This document shows, piece after piece, positions 50,064 to 61,500 of a stretch of DNA of 64,000 nucleotides. Numbering within the stretch: position 1 is the stretch's first letter; the number at the start of each line of letters is the position of its first letter. A program made the position numbers and the translations under genes. The stretch is taken from contig CAJINV010000001.1 of NCBI GenBank assembly GCA_905178155.1, positions 3,543,723 through 3,607,722 on the forward strand. The letters run 5' to 3'. The notes under the pieces are model-generated. The model did no database searches. It had not been told where the DNA came from and saw only the letters and a list, made by a program, of their open reading frames with translations. The DNA is from Amoebophrya sp. A120 (taxonomy: Eukaryota > Protista > Dinoflagellata).

Positions 50064-50287
50064 TGTGGTCAAAAAGCAAAACGTATTGTGGAGAGGCGAT
50101 GAAAATTAAGCAGGAGTGCAAGCGTGCCAATTATCAGGGTTGCATCAATCGCACGCAAGATACCGATAGAGCTATGTATTGGATCTATCATCATGTGATA
50201 CATAGAAGTGCGACTGCGAGCGCGGGAGAGAACAACGCACGGAGTGCGGTGTAGATCGACAGAGTAAAAAACGTCACCGGCACGACA

Positions 50288-51781
50288 ATGGAGAGCATTT
50301 ATGACATCAAACGGCGCATGGAGTGGATTCTCCAGGAATCCGCCTACGTATTCTCACCAGCATACGAGGTCCGCAACAGCAGCCTCTGGCTGTACAACAC
50401 AGACGTGGAGGCGGAGGACGCAGAAGGCTTTTCGCCAAGAAGCGAGTCCCTGGAGTCCTGGGATGGCGCAGAGGGCTTGCCCCCGGCTGCGCGGAACAGC
50501 GCGCTCCTTTTTCTCATCGGGGACTACATGGGCTTAGGCTACGGCGTTGGGGAGGCTTGGATGTCCGTGTACAACATGCCACTTGCTTTCTGGGCGGTGC
50601 TGATTTTGTTGCTCGTGCTGATCATTCACAGCGTTCACACCTTCGTTTTGGTCCTAGTCGACAGCATCATCTCACACTTTGGTGTGGTGGGCATGATTCT
50701 CCTGTCCTCCACTACCTGGGCGACCTGGCCGCAATTTCTGCGCACCGTTTTGCGGGCCTTGCGCAGCGTTGATGCCATCGTGGAGCGGCGACTGCGGACG
50801 CTGACGGTGTGCGATATTCCCACCTCAGTAGTGCTGATGTCTCCTGTCGCCTCCCCCGGCAAAGAAGCAAGCGGCAGCAAACCGCAAGCCCGGGCCGGTG
50901 TCGTCAAGGGTGGACCAGCGAAAGCGTCTCCGACATCTCCCAGCGCAAGCAGACCCCGTGCGTCCGCTGCGGTGGACGAGGGCAGTGCTGTCGGAGTCGC
51001 GAGTCCGCGGACGATGTTGAGTAGCTTCCTACCTGGCAGCGGGGTCGTGGCTGGATCAGAAGTAGATGGAGCTGCTGCGGCTGGGGCCACCAACAAGTCT
51101 AGCACAACTACGGGCACCACCAACGAGTTCAGACGGAAAGCCGCAGTGTCGCGGGAAGACGTGGCGGAATTTTTCCAAGAGAAGCTGAGTCTGTTAGGTA
51201 TTCGATTCCGGGTGTCAGACATGCGCAATCGTGGAGAACATGCAGAGTGCGACGTGCAGTTCATCGACGCAGATTTTCAGACCGTGCTCCGCGCTTGCTC
51301 TCTACATACCCCCACGCAATGGGGATCATGGGCGGTGATCAAGCGACAGACCGTCCGCATTCGGCCAAAGCTCGGCGAAGTAACTGCTGGCGTCGAGTAC
51401 TTCACGCATTTTCTCTGCTACCTCTACAACGCATTTGAGACGCGGTACTGGATTCAGCTCAGTATCTCCATCTACTTGTCTCTTGCGATGACGGAATTGT
51501 TGGTTCCAAAGATGCTAGCTCTCTGCAAAGACGTCTTGCACAGCGCTGTCTCCGCATCTGGCGACCACCTTTTAGATCCTGCCGCAGACGCGCGGATCGT
51601 GTTTGTGCAACTGCTGGAGTGGGCCAACGTTGCGTGGCACGCTTTCTTGCTAGCCCTGATCGTTTCTTTCTGTGGCTACCAGTCCTGGGCCGACAGCAAA
51701 GACGTGCAGAGCCATCTGGAGAAAAACTCTTTTTCTGTGAAGTCTAGACCATCTCCTGTGCGAACGACGCCTGGGCGATAG
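50288..51781 (+). CDS. Intronless hypothetical multi-pass membrane protein
   Basis: 497-aa ORF with N- and C-terminal hydrophobic segments around a Ser/Ala-rich linker. Confidence 0.65.
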   Translation: MESIYDIKRRMEWILQESAYVFSPAYEVRNSSLWLYNTDVEAEDAEGFSPRSESLESWDGAEGLPPAARNSALLFLIGDYMGLGYGVGEAWMSVYNMPLAFWAVLILLLVLIIHSVHTFVLVLVDSIISHFGVVGMILLSSTTWATWPQFLRTVLRALRSVDAIVERRLRTLTVCDIPTSVVLMSPVASPGKEASGSKPQARAGVVKGGPAKASPTSPSASRPRASAAVDEGSAVGVASPRTMLSSFLPGSGVVAGSEVDGAAAAGATNKSSTTTGTTNEFRRKAAVSREDVAEFFQEKLSLLGIRFRVSDMRNRGEHAECDVQFIDADFQTVLRACSLHTPTQWGSWAVIKRQTVRIRPKLGEVTAGVEYFTHFLCYLYNAFETRYWIQLSISIYLSLAMTELLVPKMLALCKDVLHSAVSASGDHLLDPAADARIVFVQLLEWANVAWHAFLLALIVSFCGYQSWADSKDVQSHLEKNSFSVKSRPSPVRTTPGR

Positions 51782-51790
51782 TGCCTTGGG

Positions 51791-51952
51791 CATTGAAGCG
51801 ATATTGAACCACATTTACGTACACCACATCGCAAGAGCCTGTGGGTGCTTGCATCTTCTAATTCCTGATGCGGCATGATCAGCAGCTGCGTGATCGCGTG
51901 TTCGTACTGTCTAGAATGAAAAAGGTAACGCTAGAACTGGCATTTCCATCGA
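51791..51952 (+). repeat. Downstream copy of the direct repeat (partner 49892-50063)
   Basis: Starts 10 nt after the stop codon of 50288..51781 and is colinear with the upstream copy apart from indels. Confidence 0.8.
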
Positions 51953-52073
51953 GCGGGATGGCGATGTCGTATGCTCACCAGATTTCAAGTAAACGTATTT
52001 CGGAGCAGCGATGGAAATTCAACAACAACATTGCTGTTTGTAGGAAGAAAAATGTGCCCCGCCCCCGTCCGTT

Positions 52074-53594
52074 ATGGAGACCGGGGTAGTGCAAGCGAGC
52101 TCCCGGCTCGGCTGGGTCGCGCGGCTCTCGACGATGGGCGGGCGGTCTTCGTCCACGAGATCAGCTGGGTGGTCTGATCATTCCGCGGCAGTCGTGGCCA
52201 ATGACCACCAGCAGTACGCCAGAGGCAGCTTCGGAGGTCCACATACAACTCGGACTTCGAGAACTTCCTCGCGGGCGGGCAGCGTATCAACAGGGTATCC
52301 CCTGTTCTCTTCGGTCGGCGCTTTCTTTGATGCCGTGCTACTCAAAATCCGCGGGAGCGGGAGGGCGGACGGGCAAACAATCAAACTCTTCCAGAAGCGA
52401 AAAGGCAGCGCAGGTAAGGCAGTTTCAGGACTTTATCTAACTGGCTCGCATCGTTCATGAAAAGCGAGAATTCGCGCTAGCGAACTTGGTTCGTTCTACT
52501 TTGATTTTGCTGCTGTTTCGAGCATACGCTTTTTATGATGATGCTTGAACTTATCGTCATCGCATATATACTTCGGATTCGCAGACTCGGTGCGCTCCTT
52601 CGGGGCAGGGGACTCCGGAACATCAAGCGCAGACACCAGTAAGCAAAGTGACTCTTTCGACATACCGCTGCCGCGTCTGCTGCGCGGAAACGGGCTTGAC
52701 TGCGCGACGGTGAAATTTCAGGCCTTTAGCTTTCGCCTGCCAGAGACGCCCGCACCGAGACGGCGGTCGAGCCTCGGTTCCATTACCAACAGCGGAAATC
52801 TCAAGGAACCGTTCGTCGCACCCGTGGGCGAGGCTTTCGAGCCGGTACTCGTACGCAGTGTTGTTGGGCACAAACAATGACAAGATTACAACAATGTCAT
52901 AAATTTCTCTTTCTTCTCTGAAGTGTGGCCCTTGGATGTTTTTCTGTCTGCGTACGAATTTTCATATTCATTTTGTGCTTTCTGTTTGAGTAAAAACACG
53001 AACTCCTCGTCCCAGGCGCGTCGCGGTCTGCAACTGGACAAGCAGCGGAACCTGTTCCAGGTGTGTTCCACGAAGTCCGCTGTCTTTCGCCGCGGCGCTT
53101 TCGAATTGTACGTTCTCGCCTTCGAGAACACCCGTTGGGTCGCGCTTACCGCCACAAAGCAAAACGAAGACACGGACCACTTTCTGATCGAGGCCACCTG
53201 CAAGCTGTGGACACTGCGGCGCAAAACGCTCCTGGTTGAGGCGGTGAAGAGCAAGGCGCTGCTGCTGTGCGTGCAGCTTCTCGAGGACGACACCCGCTTG
53301 ATCAAGCCGGATGAGGACGCTGGTGCAAACGGAGGAAAGATAAAGTTGCCGTGGCCGGAGTCCCTGCCCGAATGTCCCGTCTTGTTGCCCGCTGTCGGAA
53401 CTAAGCTGAATTCGCTGGGGTCCGTGGACGAGAAGCGCCGCGGGTCCTCCACGGGCCCCGGTCCCATGGACTCGGTGCTTCAGCAGCGCCGGCGCAGCTC
53501 CACGGGTTTGGATCGGTCCGCGCTGCGCCCGACATTGCAACAAGCGGAGCAAATGTTGCTCACAACTCGCTCGGGAAGCAAGGGAAGAAGGTAA
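52074..53594 (+). CDS. Hypothetical multi-exon protein
   Basis: ORF pieces 52074-52412, 52584-~52843 and ~53016-53590 can be joined by GT-AG introns. A strong donor (ag|gtaagt) at 53591 leaves the 3' end unresolved. Confidence 0.4.
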
Positions 53595-54398
53595 GTAAGG
53601 AACAGTAGTGCACCGCGTCCGCGGGTGATGTTGCACCACATGTAGCCATTTGCCACAAATGAACTTGCAAAAAGTCAAATTGTGGTACGCATGACATACA
53701 AGTAAAAATCGCACAGTCGCGCGGAAGACGTCCGGAAGCAAGTGAAAGTTGCCCCCATTTCTGTTTCTGAAACAAAGAAGTAGTTGTGAAGATACTTACA
53801 TCAACATCATTTCATAGTACTAACTTTGCGGATGCTATTGCTAGCTAATGCTGGCTTAGTTCGAAGGTTCCTTTGTGGAGCTGTGGCTCTCGTTGTCGTT
53901 CCGAGATTGATCCGAGCAGGCATAGGCATGCGCATGATGTACGCATGCTCCTTTAGTATTACAGATCCATTGTAGTAGTTCTGTTCAGCCAAGCATATGC
54001 GTATGCGAGCGCGGATTCGGCAGCAACGATAGATCCATCCATGATCTCAGATTAGAGAAAGTGAGGATCTTTCTGAAGATCCTTCTGGTCCTTTCCTAAG
54101 CTGTTGTAAAGCTGTAGAGATATTTTTGTCTCTGTTTTTGTTGATCACTTTAACTTTTCACGCTAGAGTACAAGAACGATTTTTGGTTTGTTTACCGCAT
54201 TTTTTTGTCACCAGTTTGTGAATTTGTGTTTCTATTTACTGCAGTGGTACGGGAGAAGTAAGTTAAGCTTAAGAGCAACTATGGGCCTCATGAAGAAAGC
54301 GCCGCAGTGTTTTTACATTTTTGAAGAGTAATACCTCTTGTAAGAAAGTAGTCACTCACTTCTTGCCTTTTTTCTTCATAGGGTAGCAGAACAGTATC

Positions 54399-57300
54399 AT
54401 GGAGGACGGCGGCGCCGCGCCCCCGGAGGCCCCGCAGCCGGGCGTGGTGGTGGCTGAGCCAACTGGGCCGTCCACCGCGAGCAACGACCCGGTCGCGCCA
54501 GCTGCAACAACGAGCAACGACCCTGCAGGGTCTGGTGATGACCCGATGGCGATGGAGGTCGAGCAGGACGACGCAGGTATGCAGCAGGACCCAAGTGCGG
54601 TCTTCAGCGCCCTGGATTCGCTCGGGCCACCACAGGGTTCTCCGCCGCAGGGGTCACCGAAACTCGACGCAGCCTTCGAAGCGATGGGGATGACCATGGG
54701 CATGCCGGTAAAAAGATGACACGCACAAATGATGTTGCAGCCGCTCTGTATGTATTGTACATTGTTATCTTTCATATTTCATTGCATGGAGTCATCAACA
54801 TTCGCATCGCGGCTGATCATGTGAAATCCGTCTGTCATGCGCCACCACTCTGTTGTATAACTACAATCGCACATCTTACAGGTCCAACAAGACTACGCCC
54901 GGCGCGCCATGCACCCGATGAAGGTTTCCTTTTACGAGTTGATAATTCGCCAGCTCGCGGACGATGAATTTCTGGACGAGGCGTTGTCGCTGAAAAATCG
55001 TTCCGGGTTGAAAGAGGCCGGCCACGTGGAATCGAACTGGCTTTTCCGTCTGTACGAGGAGAATTTTGGCAAGCACTTCAGCGACCAAAACAAGTGGACC
55101 GACATGGGGCTCACACCCATGCCTAAGCTGGAAAGCGGGGAGAGGTGTCTGGACGTAGAAGAGCCGAGGTTTGACCTAGACGGCTTGGACAAAATAACCT
55201 ACACCGACAGTTACAAAAACGTCATCGCTGACGACGATCCGGAAAGTATAGCAAAAGGCGAGGGGAAGGGGCAAAGGGACGGCAAAGGTAGAGGAGTTTT
55301 TGTTCATTAGCGAAGGAGTTTTATGAGATTCATCTTGGAATGTGTCGACGGAGTGCGGAAACTAGAATTTTGATGAGAACAGACACAAAATAAAACCTCC
55401 AGATCGGGACGGAAAGGACGCCAAGGATCATCAACAAGAGCCCCCCGTTGCCAAGGCGCGACCCCTTCACAGGAAGAAAGCAAATATCTTCAATAAAGTC
55501 CATTACAACACGGCGCACAAACAGATGGTGCGAGCAGTGGCTTTTAGTCCGGACGGCAGGTGCAACTTATGTGGCGCTTTTTGCGAGTCACAAATGACTT
55601 CGAAATTGTTTGTACTTACGGCGAATGTAACCGCGATTCAATCATTTGAACGATCGATCCACGATGTGCGAGCAGCAGTCCAATGTACAACTTCCGTCAA
55701 AACAGGTTCGCAGCGAGCGGAAGCCACGATACCACGGTGAAAGTGCTGGACGTCAACAAAATGTTTCACTACGGGTCGCAAAACGCGGGCGAGAGGCGTG
55801 ACCAGGGGTCCGATGTACGACCCGTGATGCGCACCCTATACGACCACCAGGGCCCGTATGGGAGTGTCAGGATCGAAATCGACAAAATCGAAAAACTTGT
55901 GATGCAGAAAATGTAGGACACTGAAGGCCTGTATTGGGGAGCTGGCAAATGAGACAGATTGTAAGCCTGTTTAGGGTAAGACGCTGTGCTGTCAGAGTAG
56001 CATGACAGGAGCAGTCTTCTTTGCCGTAACAGCATGACAGACTGGATTTTGGTGCTCTCGAAATTTGTCATGCGCCACTTGGAAACTGAGGCTCCAACTG
56101 GTATCTTTTTATGCATCACAAATCATTTCGATTTTGTCAATTTCGATTCTGATGCTTCCATAGCCCGGTGAACTCCCTCTGTTTCCACCCACATCTCGCC
56201 TACCTCTTCACCGCAAGTGCCGACAAGACCGTGAAGGTCTTCGATCTAACTCGCCCCCAGACGCAATTGAAGTCCCTATCCAGCATCCCCGATAGCAGTA
56301 TGGTCCAGACCATGGCAGTGCACCCCAGTGGCGACTACCTCTACGTCGGCACCGCCCACCCGACAATCCGGCTGTACGATCTCACAAGGCTGGAGTGCTT
56401 CACAGGCCCAAATCCCAACGACGTACTGCTTCATTCGTGTTGCGCTGATCTATTTTCATTTTTGGCGACGATTGTTGGGATGTTATGTAGACATTGGCAG
56501 TTTTGTTCCATATGATAAATGTATCATCATAAAATATCAGTACCACACCGGTATGATAAACGACCTGGCTGTGACCAGCGATGGCAAGGTTCTGGCATCA
56601 GCGAGCTCGGACGGTGAAGTGAAGTTGTGGGACGTTGTCGCCAACCGAGTAGTGAATAGCATGAGCAAGGCACATCACGGCGCCAGCGTCTGTAGCGTGA
56701 AATGGAGCAGAAACCTGAGGTAGAAACGCGGTTCAGTAGTCTTTTTGATCTGCCCCCCGCTAAGCATTGGGATGCTGTATTGCTAAGTTTGTTTTCGAGC
56801 TTTCCCTTTCTCATTTTTCACTCATCCACAACCACATAAAACAGGTATTTCCTTACCGCGGGTTGTGACGGTAAAGCAAAACTTTGGGATGCCCGAAAGG
56901 GAGGCAACGAGCCGGTCCACAATATGAATGTTTGCGCCGCAAGGAATCTCGAGTACGCGCGAGCAGCCTTCATCGGCCAGGAGCGTTTCATCGCTGTGGC
57001 GTCGTCTGGGAACGACCTTTGCATTCTCGACGCGCAAACTGGAGAATACCTGCAAGGAGGTATTTAAACTGTGACTCTTTTTCTTCTTGCGATGTGCTGT
57101 TACTCATTTTGTCAAGAAAGACACGAATAGCTGCATAGGAAAACAAGGGCAACTACGAGTCACCATACCAACATAAAGTTTGGCGTGTTCGTTGCTCTGA
57201 TCCCTGTTCCCCAACGTTAAATCAAAATTTCTCATCCCTTGAAAACAGCGGTAGCCCGTGGCGGTTACCACCACCACACCTCCCACCACCAGCACAGCAA

Positions 57301-57709
57301 CCCGGTTTTCTGTATAGCTGCTCACCCCAATGACACGAAATTCCTGACTGGCTCCGACGACCACAAAGTGCGGTATTGTGAGATTTTGAACCGACCTGAG
57401 GACTGGGTGAACTACCGGGACCGGCAGCGCGAAAGGCACGCGCACAAGGGCCACGGGCACGGCGCCAACGCGCAGCCCATCTTGTCGGGACCAAACAGCG
57501 CCCCGGTGATGCCGCCTCCGACGGAGTGGTGGCAACACACAGCCAACACTGGCGAAAACATGGTCGCGGACGGGACCAACTACCCGGATGTGGTCAACCA
57601 ACCAGGGGGAGAGGGCATGGGGAGCGGGAACGAGGAGCACATGGACGGCGACGTCGGTGTAGATCCCGACGCCGCGCCTGTCTTGGGCGAAGGGGATGTT
57701 GAGTACTAG
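54399..57709 (+). CDS. CSTF1: Cleavage stimulation factor 50-kDa subunit (WD40)
   Basis: N-terminal dimer motif FYELIIRQLADD; HKQMVRAVAFSPDGRFAASGSHDTTVKVLDV; RPVMRTLYDH; HPSGDYLYVGTAHPTIRLYD; AHHGASVCSVKWSRNLRYFLTAG. Eight exons, one junction at the TIR element 55857-56162. Confidence 0.85.
55857..56162. mobile_element. Introner/MITE element 4 (306 nt)
   Basis: Left tatgggagtgtcaggatcgaaatcgacaaaatcgaaa vs reverse complement of right tatggaagcatcagaatcgaaattgacaaaatcgaaa, extending to ~55 bp. Direct repeat gcccg at 55852-55856 and 56163-56167. Confidence 0.9.
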
Positions 57710-58567
57710 CTATAAAACTCAGTTTCACCGAGGCGCGCGGACGTTCGGCGTGTGCTGTTTGAAGATTATCTACTAGTCCATTTATCAGAACAACTTCGAG
57801 AATACAGTCTATCAGACGGTGTGCATTGGTCACTTGAATAAGTAAACGACCTGTCCGCGTAGGGTCGGGGTTTTTGAGTGGAGCAACTTCAGCGACAAAA
57901 ATAACGACAAATTGATAGTCCTACAACCAGAGCTAATTTGTTGTGGCGGTGCGTCCAGTTTCGGAATAAACTTAGCTAGCTCGTCGCTGCAGCAGTGTCT
58001 GTTCTTCTATTGATTGCACATCTTCTAGGTCTACTTTCAAATTTTGGAGAGAGCGAGAGTTTCAGTTCGTGTACACCTCTTCAATGTCATCGTATGGTTA
58101 TTTTTATTTCTCGTCGCTCTCGCTATAGCTTTTGCGCAGAAACAGCGAATCTCGCAATGAATCGACGACGACGAACAAAATCGTAGTCGTTTTCGCAATC
58201 CGCATCGTCTTGTGTCGTAGTCGCTAGTCGTCGCTCGTCGTTTCGTACTCTGCGCAGTCGTTATATCCGCCCTTGGCGGGCAGAATAGAAGTAATCCCTT
58301 GTGATGGACTGGAAGGCACGGGAAATCAATGTTTGAGCTACAATTGACGGTTCTCATCCGATCAAGAGAGCTTTCACTTCTCATGGTCTTTCATTCTGTT
58401 GCTGCTTCTGGAACTGTGGCATTACGTACGGTATAGCCCTTCTAGACCTGGAGACGACGAGTTATTGAACCTTGATGCGGGCGCACTCGAATGATCCCGT
58501 GCTCAGGCGCTAATTGTCTTTATGCCAAGAAAAGTAGCGAAGATAGCGGGGGCGTTGGCTTGATAAA

Positions 58568-61500
58568 ATGGGTGGCGAAGAAAGCAAGGAAGAGGAGCCG
58601 CCAGCTCCCCCAAAGCGCGCGAGCAGCGGTAGAAAAAGTGGCCAAAAAAAGGCACCTAGACGGATACGAATCTCAGAGAGGGCCTCAGAGACGAGGTCTT
58701 CTGAAGACTACGATGCTCCGGGTCGAGGGAGTCGTCACGAATTGCTCAGTTCAGGCGGCCTTGAACTGCGCTCCCAGAACGAGGAATCCGAGGCTTTCGT
58801 TAACCCTGCCGCACCGCCGCCACGAGCTGTCTCAAGGCCGCAATCTGGCGGCCAACAGGCCGCGCCGTCTTCCTTCGACAGTGGCGCGGCACGGACGCGC
58901 GTCATTGCGGTACGGAACTCGCGCACCAACCACGAGCACATCGGAATCGCTCCAGGCATGATGCCAACGAGTGCGCCGGGATCTCTTCTGGACTCTCCTT
59001 CCGCGGCGAGCGCGCCCGTCGGCTACAACGCACCAGTCAGCGATACCCCTGCTGCTCGCCCAGCGTCGTCGAGCAACCCGCCACCTTCGAGCAACGAGCC
59101 CCCGTCGAAGCCACCCCCGGCGGGGCGCGGCGGCCTCCCGTCCATGATGCCCCAAAGCGAAGAGCGCATGCAGAGTGCAGCGTACGAAGAGAACGTGTAC
59201 TCCACAGGGGGCAGTGCGGCGGAAGAATTTCCGCCGCCGAGCAGCGCGGCCGAAGCTGCACCGCCCCCGGAACCGGTGCACCAGGCCGCCGACCTGGGGG
59301 GCGCGGGCAAAGTGCAAATGCCGCAGGTCGTGGACGACAGCCCGTTACTGCCGCCGTCGCACAGCCGGGACCTGGCGGAACACGTTTACATCTCGCGGGA
59401 GATGCAACTGGTCGAGGAAACGATCCACTTCGTGCACCAGGCGTCTTCCACGCGCGTGTCGCAGTTTTGCATCGACAGCTACATCGCCTACCTTGCCGTG
59501 ATGGTGAAGAGCGGGCGGCTGCTGAAGATCGTGTCCCGGTGGCGGAAGGTCCGGGTGCTGATCAAGATGATGCAGCTGGCCGAAAGCCCCCGGCCGAAGA
59601 CGGAGCAGGTCGACGCGGCGATCCTGGACCACGAGATTGCCACGCAGTACGACCTGGACTTCGCCCTGTTTCTGGCCGCCGAGCAGTGCTTCTGGCGCGG
59701 CACGCCGGCGCTGGGTAGTTCGGACGGGAACGAGGCCGTACGCGCCCACGGGCAGACGCACCTGATCAGCAACCCGCGAAACTGGGAGGCGCTGCTGATC
59801 ACACTGAAGTTTCTCGCGATTCTGCTCCCGAACACGTCGCTGATGCGGAGCAAGAGCATGCAGGAGCTGTCGGACCTGCCGCCGGACTACGGCGCCTATT
59901 GGAGCGCGCCCAGCATCTCCCTGCTGAACCCCGAGGAGGAGGACATTTTGAACGCGAACCCCTGGTACCAGGTGATGCTGCGCGTGCTGGAGGCCAGCGA
60001 CGGCACGTCGGTGACGACCAAGGTGACGACGGACCAACTGAACGCGATGTCCAGCGCGCGCGACGTGGCCATGCGGGTCACAAAGGAACTTCGGGTGATC
60101 AACCTGATCGTAAAGATGCGGCAGGGCGACGACGGCGCCTTCCACCGGCTCGGGCAGCTGCCCATGTCCGACTCGCGGCACCTGGGCGCGGACGAAATCA
60201 TCCAGGCCATCGCGCCGCCGAAGAAAGCCGGGCTGGGCGCCAACAAGTCGTCGCGTGCCGACCCGCTCGGTATGGACTACGAAGAGGAGGAGAAAGGTCG
60301 GGAACGCGGCGAGGCGCAGCGGGTGATCAATGGCGCGGTGCGGGAGCTGCGCGCGGCGCAGAAAGAGCGGAAGGAGGAACAGGCCCGAGTCATGCGCACG
60401 GAACGGGGCATGGCTCCCTCGAAGGGCCGCCGCATCCAAGTGCTCCGCACCGGGAACCAGAAGATGACTACCGTCAACGCGGGCCGGCTGCGCAGTTACG
60501 TCACTTTGATCAACTACAACTTGGCGCAAGCGGGAAAGCCCGGCGCCAAGAACCACGTCTACACGCCCGAAGACATTCGAGCTTTGAATTACCTGCAACA
60601 CATGGCGCACCACGTACTGATTCTTGCGTGTGGACATGCGACAGTCATTTTTGTTTGTTTGGGTTCGAACGAGTCTTGTATATGCAACGCGAGCTACTTG
60701 TTGAAAACCAATGTCCGGCGTATGACTATGATCTTCTAGGTCTAGGTGTAGAAAGCTAGGACTTTCATTTTGATACTGCAAAGGAAATTCAGTTCTCGCA
60801 TCGATCTGTATCCGGTGTTTATCGAAACACAAACAGATTGATCCAGCACAAGCGATGGCAATGCATCGGATGAGCGAAGGAGAGGCGGATAGGCACGCGG
60901 GCGGCTACAAGAAGCAAGTAGCACAAGATCGGTGGAAGAAGATATGCGGCTTCGGGGAGGTGATGGGTCGGTCTTCATTGGAAATGCGGCGGTTTTCCGA
61001 ATTGGGTGGATCGCAAATATCGTCGGTCGGAGGTAGCGGCGGCAGAAGGTCTCGCGCAAGCGAAGCTTTCCAGCCACAGAACGCGGAAGAGGCTCGCGCG
61101 ATGTCCGACCTCCACTTTCGGCAATCCGCAAACGCCTTGCAGAACGCCGGCATGTTGCCCCTGCAGGGGCGAGGCTCCACGGCGCACGAGGTAAATTCGG
61201 CACTCAGCAACGAGCGGAAACGGCGGAGCATGGGATACGACGACGGCCGGGACTCGACAGGCTCAATAGAACGTGGGCCCGCAGTGACCGGCGCTCTTAT
61301 GCAGCGACCGCGGGGGGAGCCGGTACACGGCACCACAGGCATGAACGTCAATGCGCAGCTGCAGCAACAGCAGCAGCAGCCTGCGCAACAACAGGAGCTG
61401 GCGCCGGCGGAGGAGCCCGGGTTTTTGCAGAAACTGTTTGGCGGAGGGACGACCAAGCCTTCCGGCAGCGAGAAAAGCACCCCACGCGAACAAACTCCAC

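Noticed and set aside
53642-53651. gtagccattt, partial match to the dinoflagellate spliced leader
   Set aside because: Only 10 nt match and TGGCTCAAG is missing, so it is compatible with chance.
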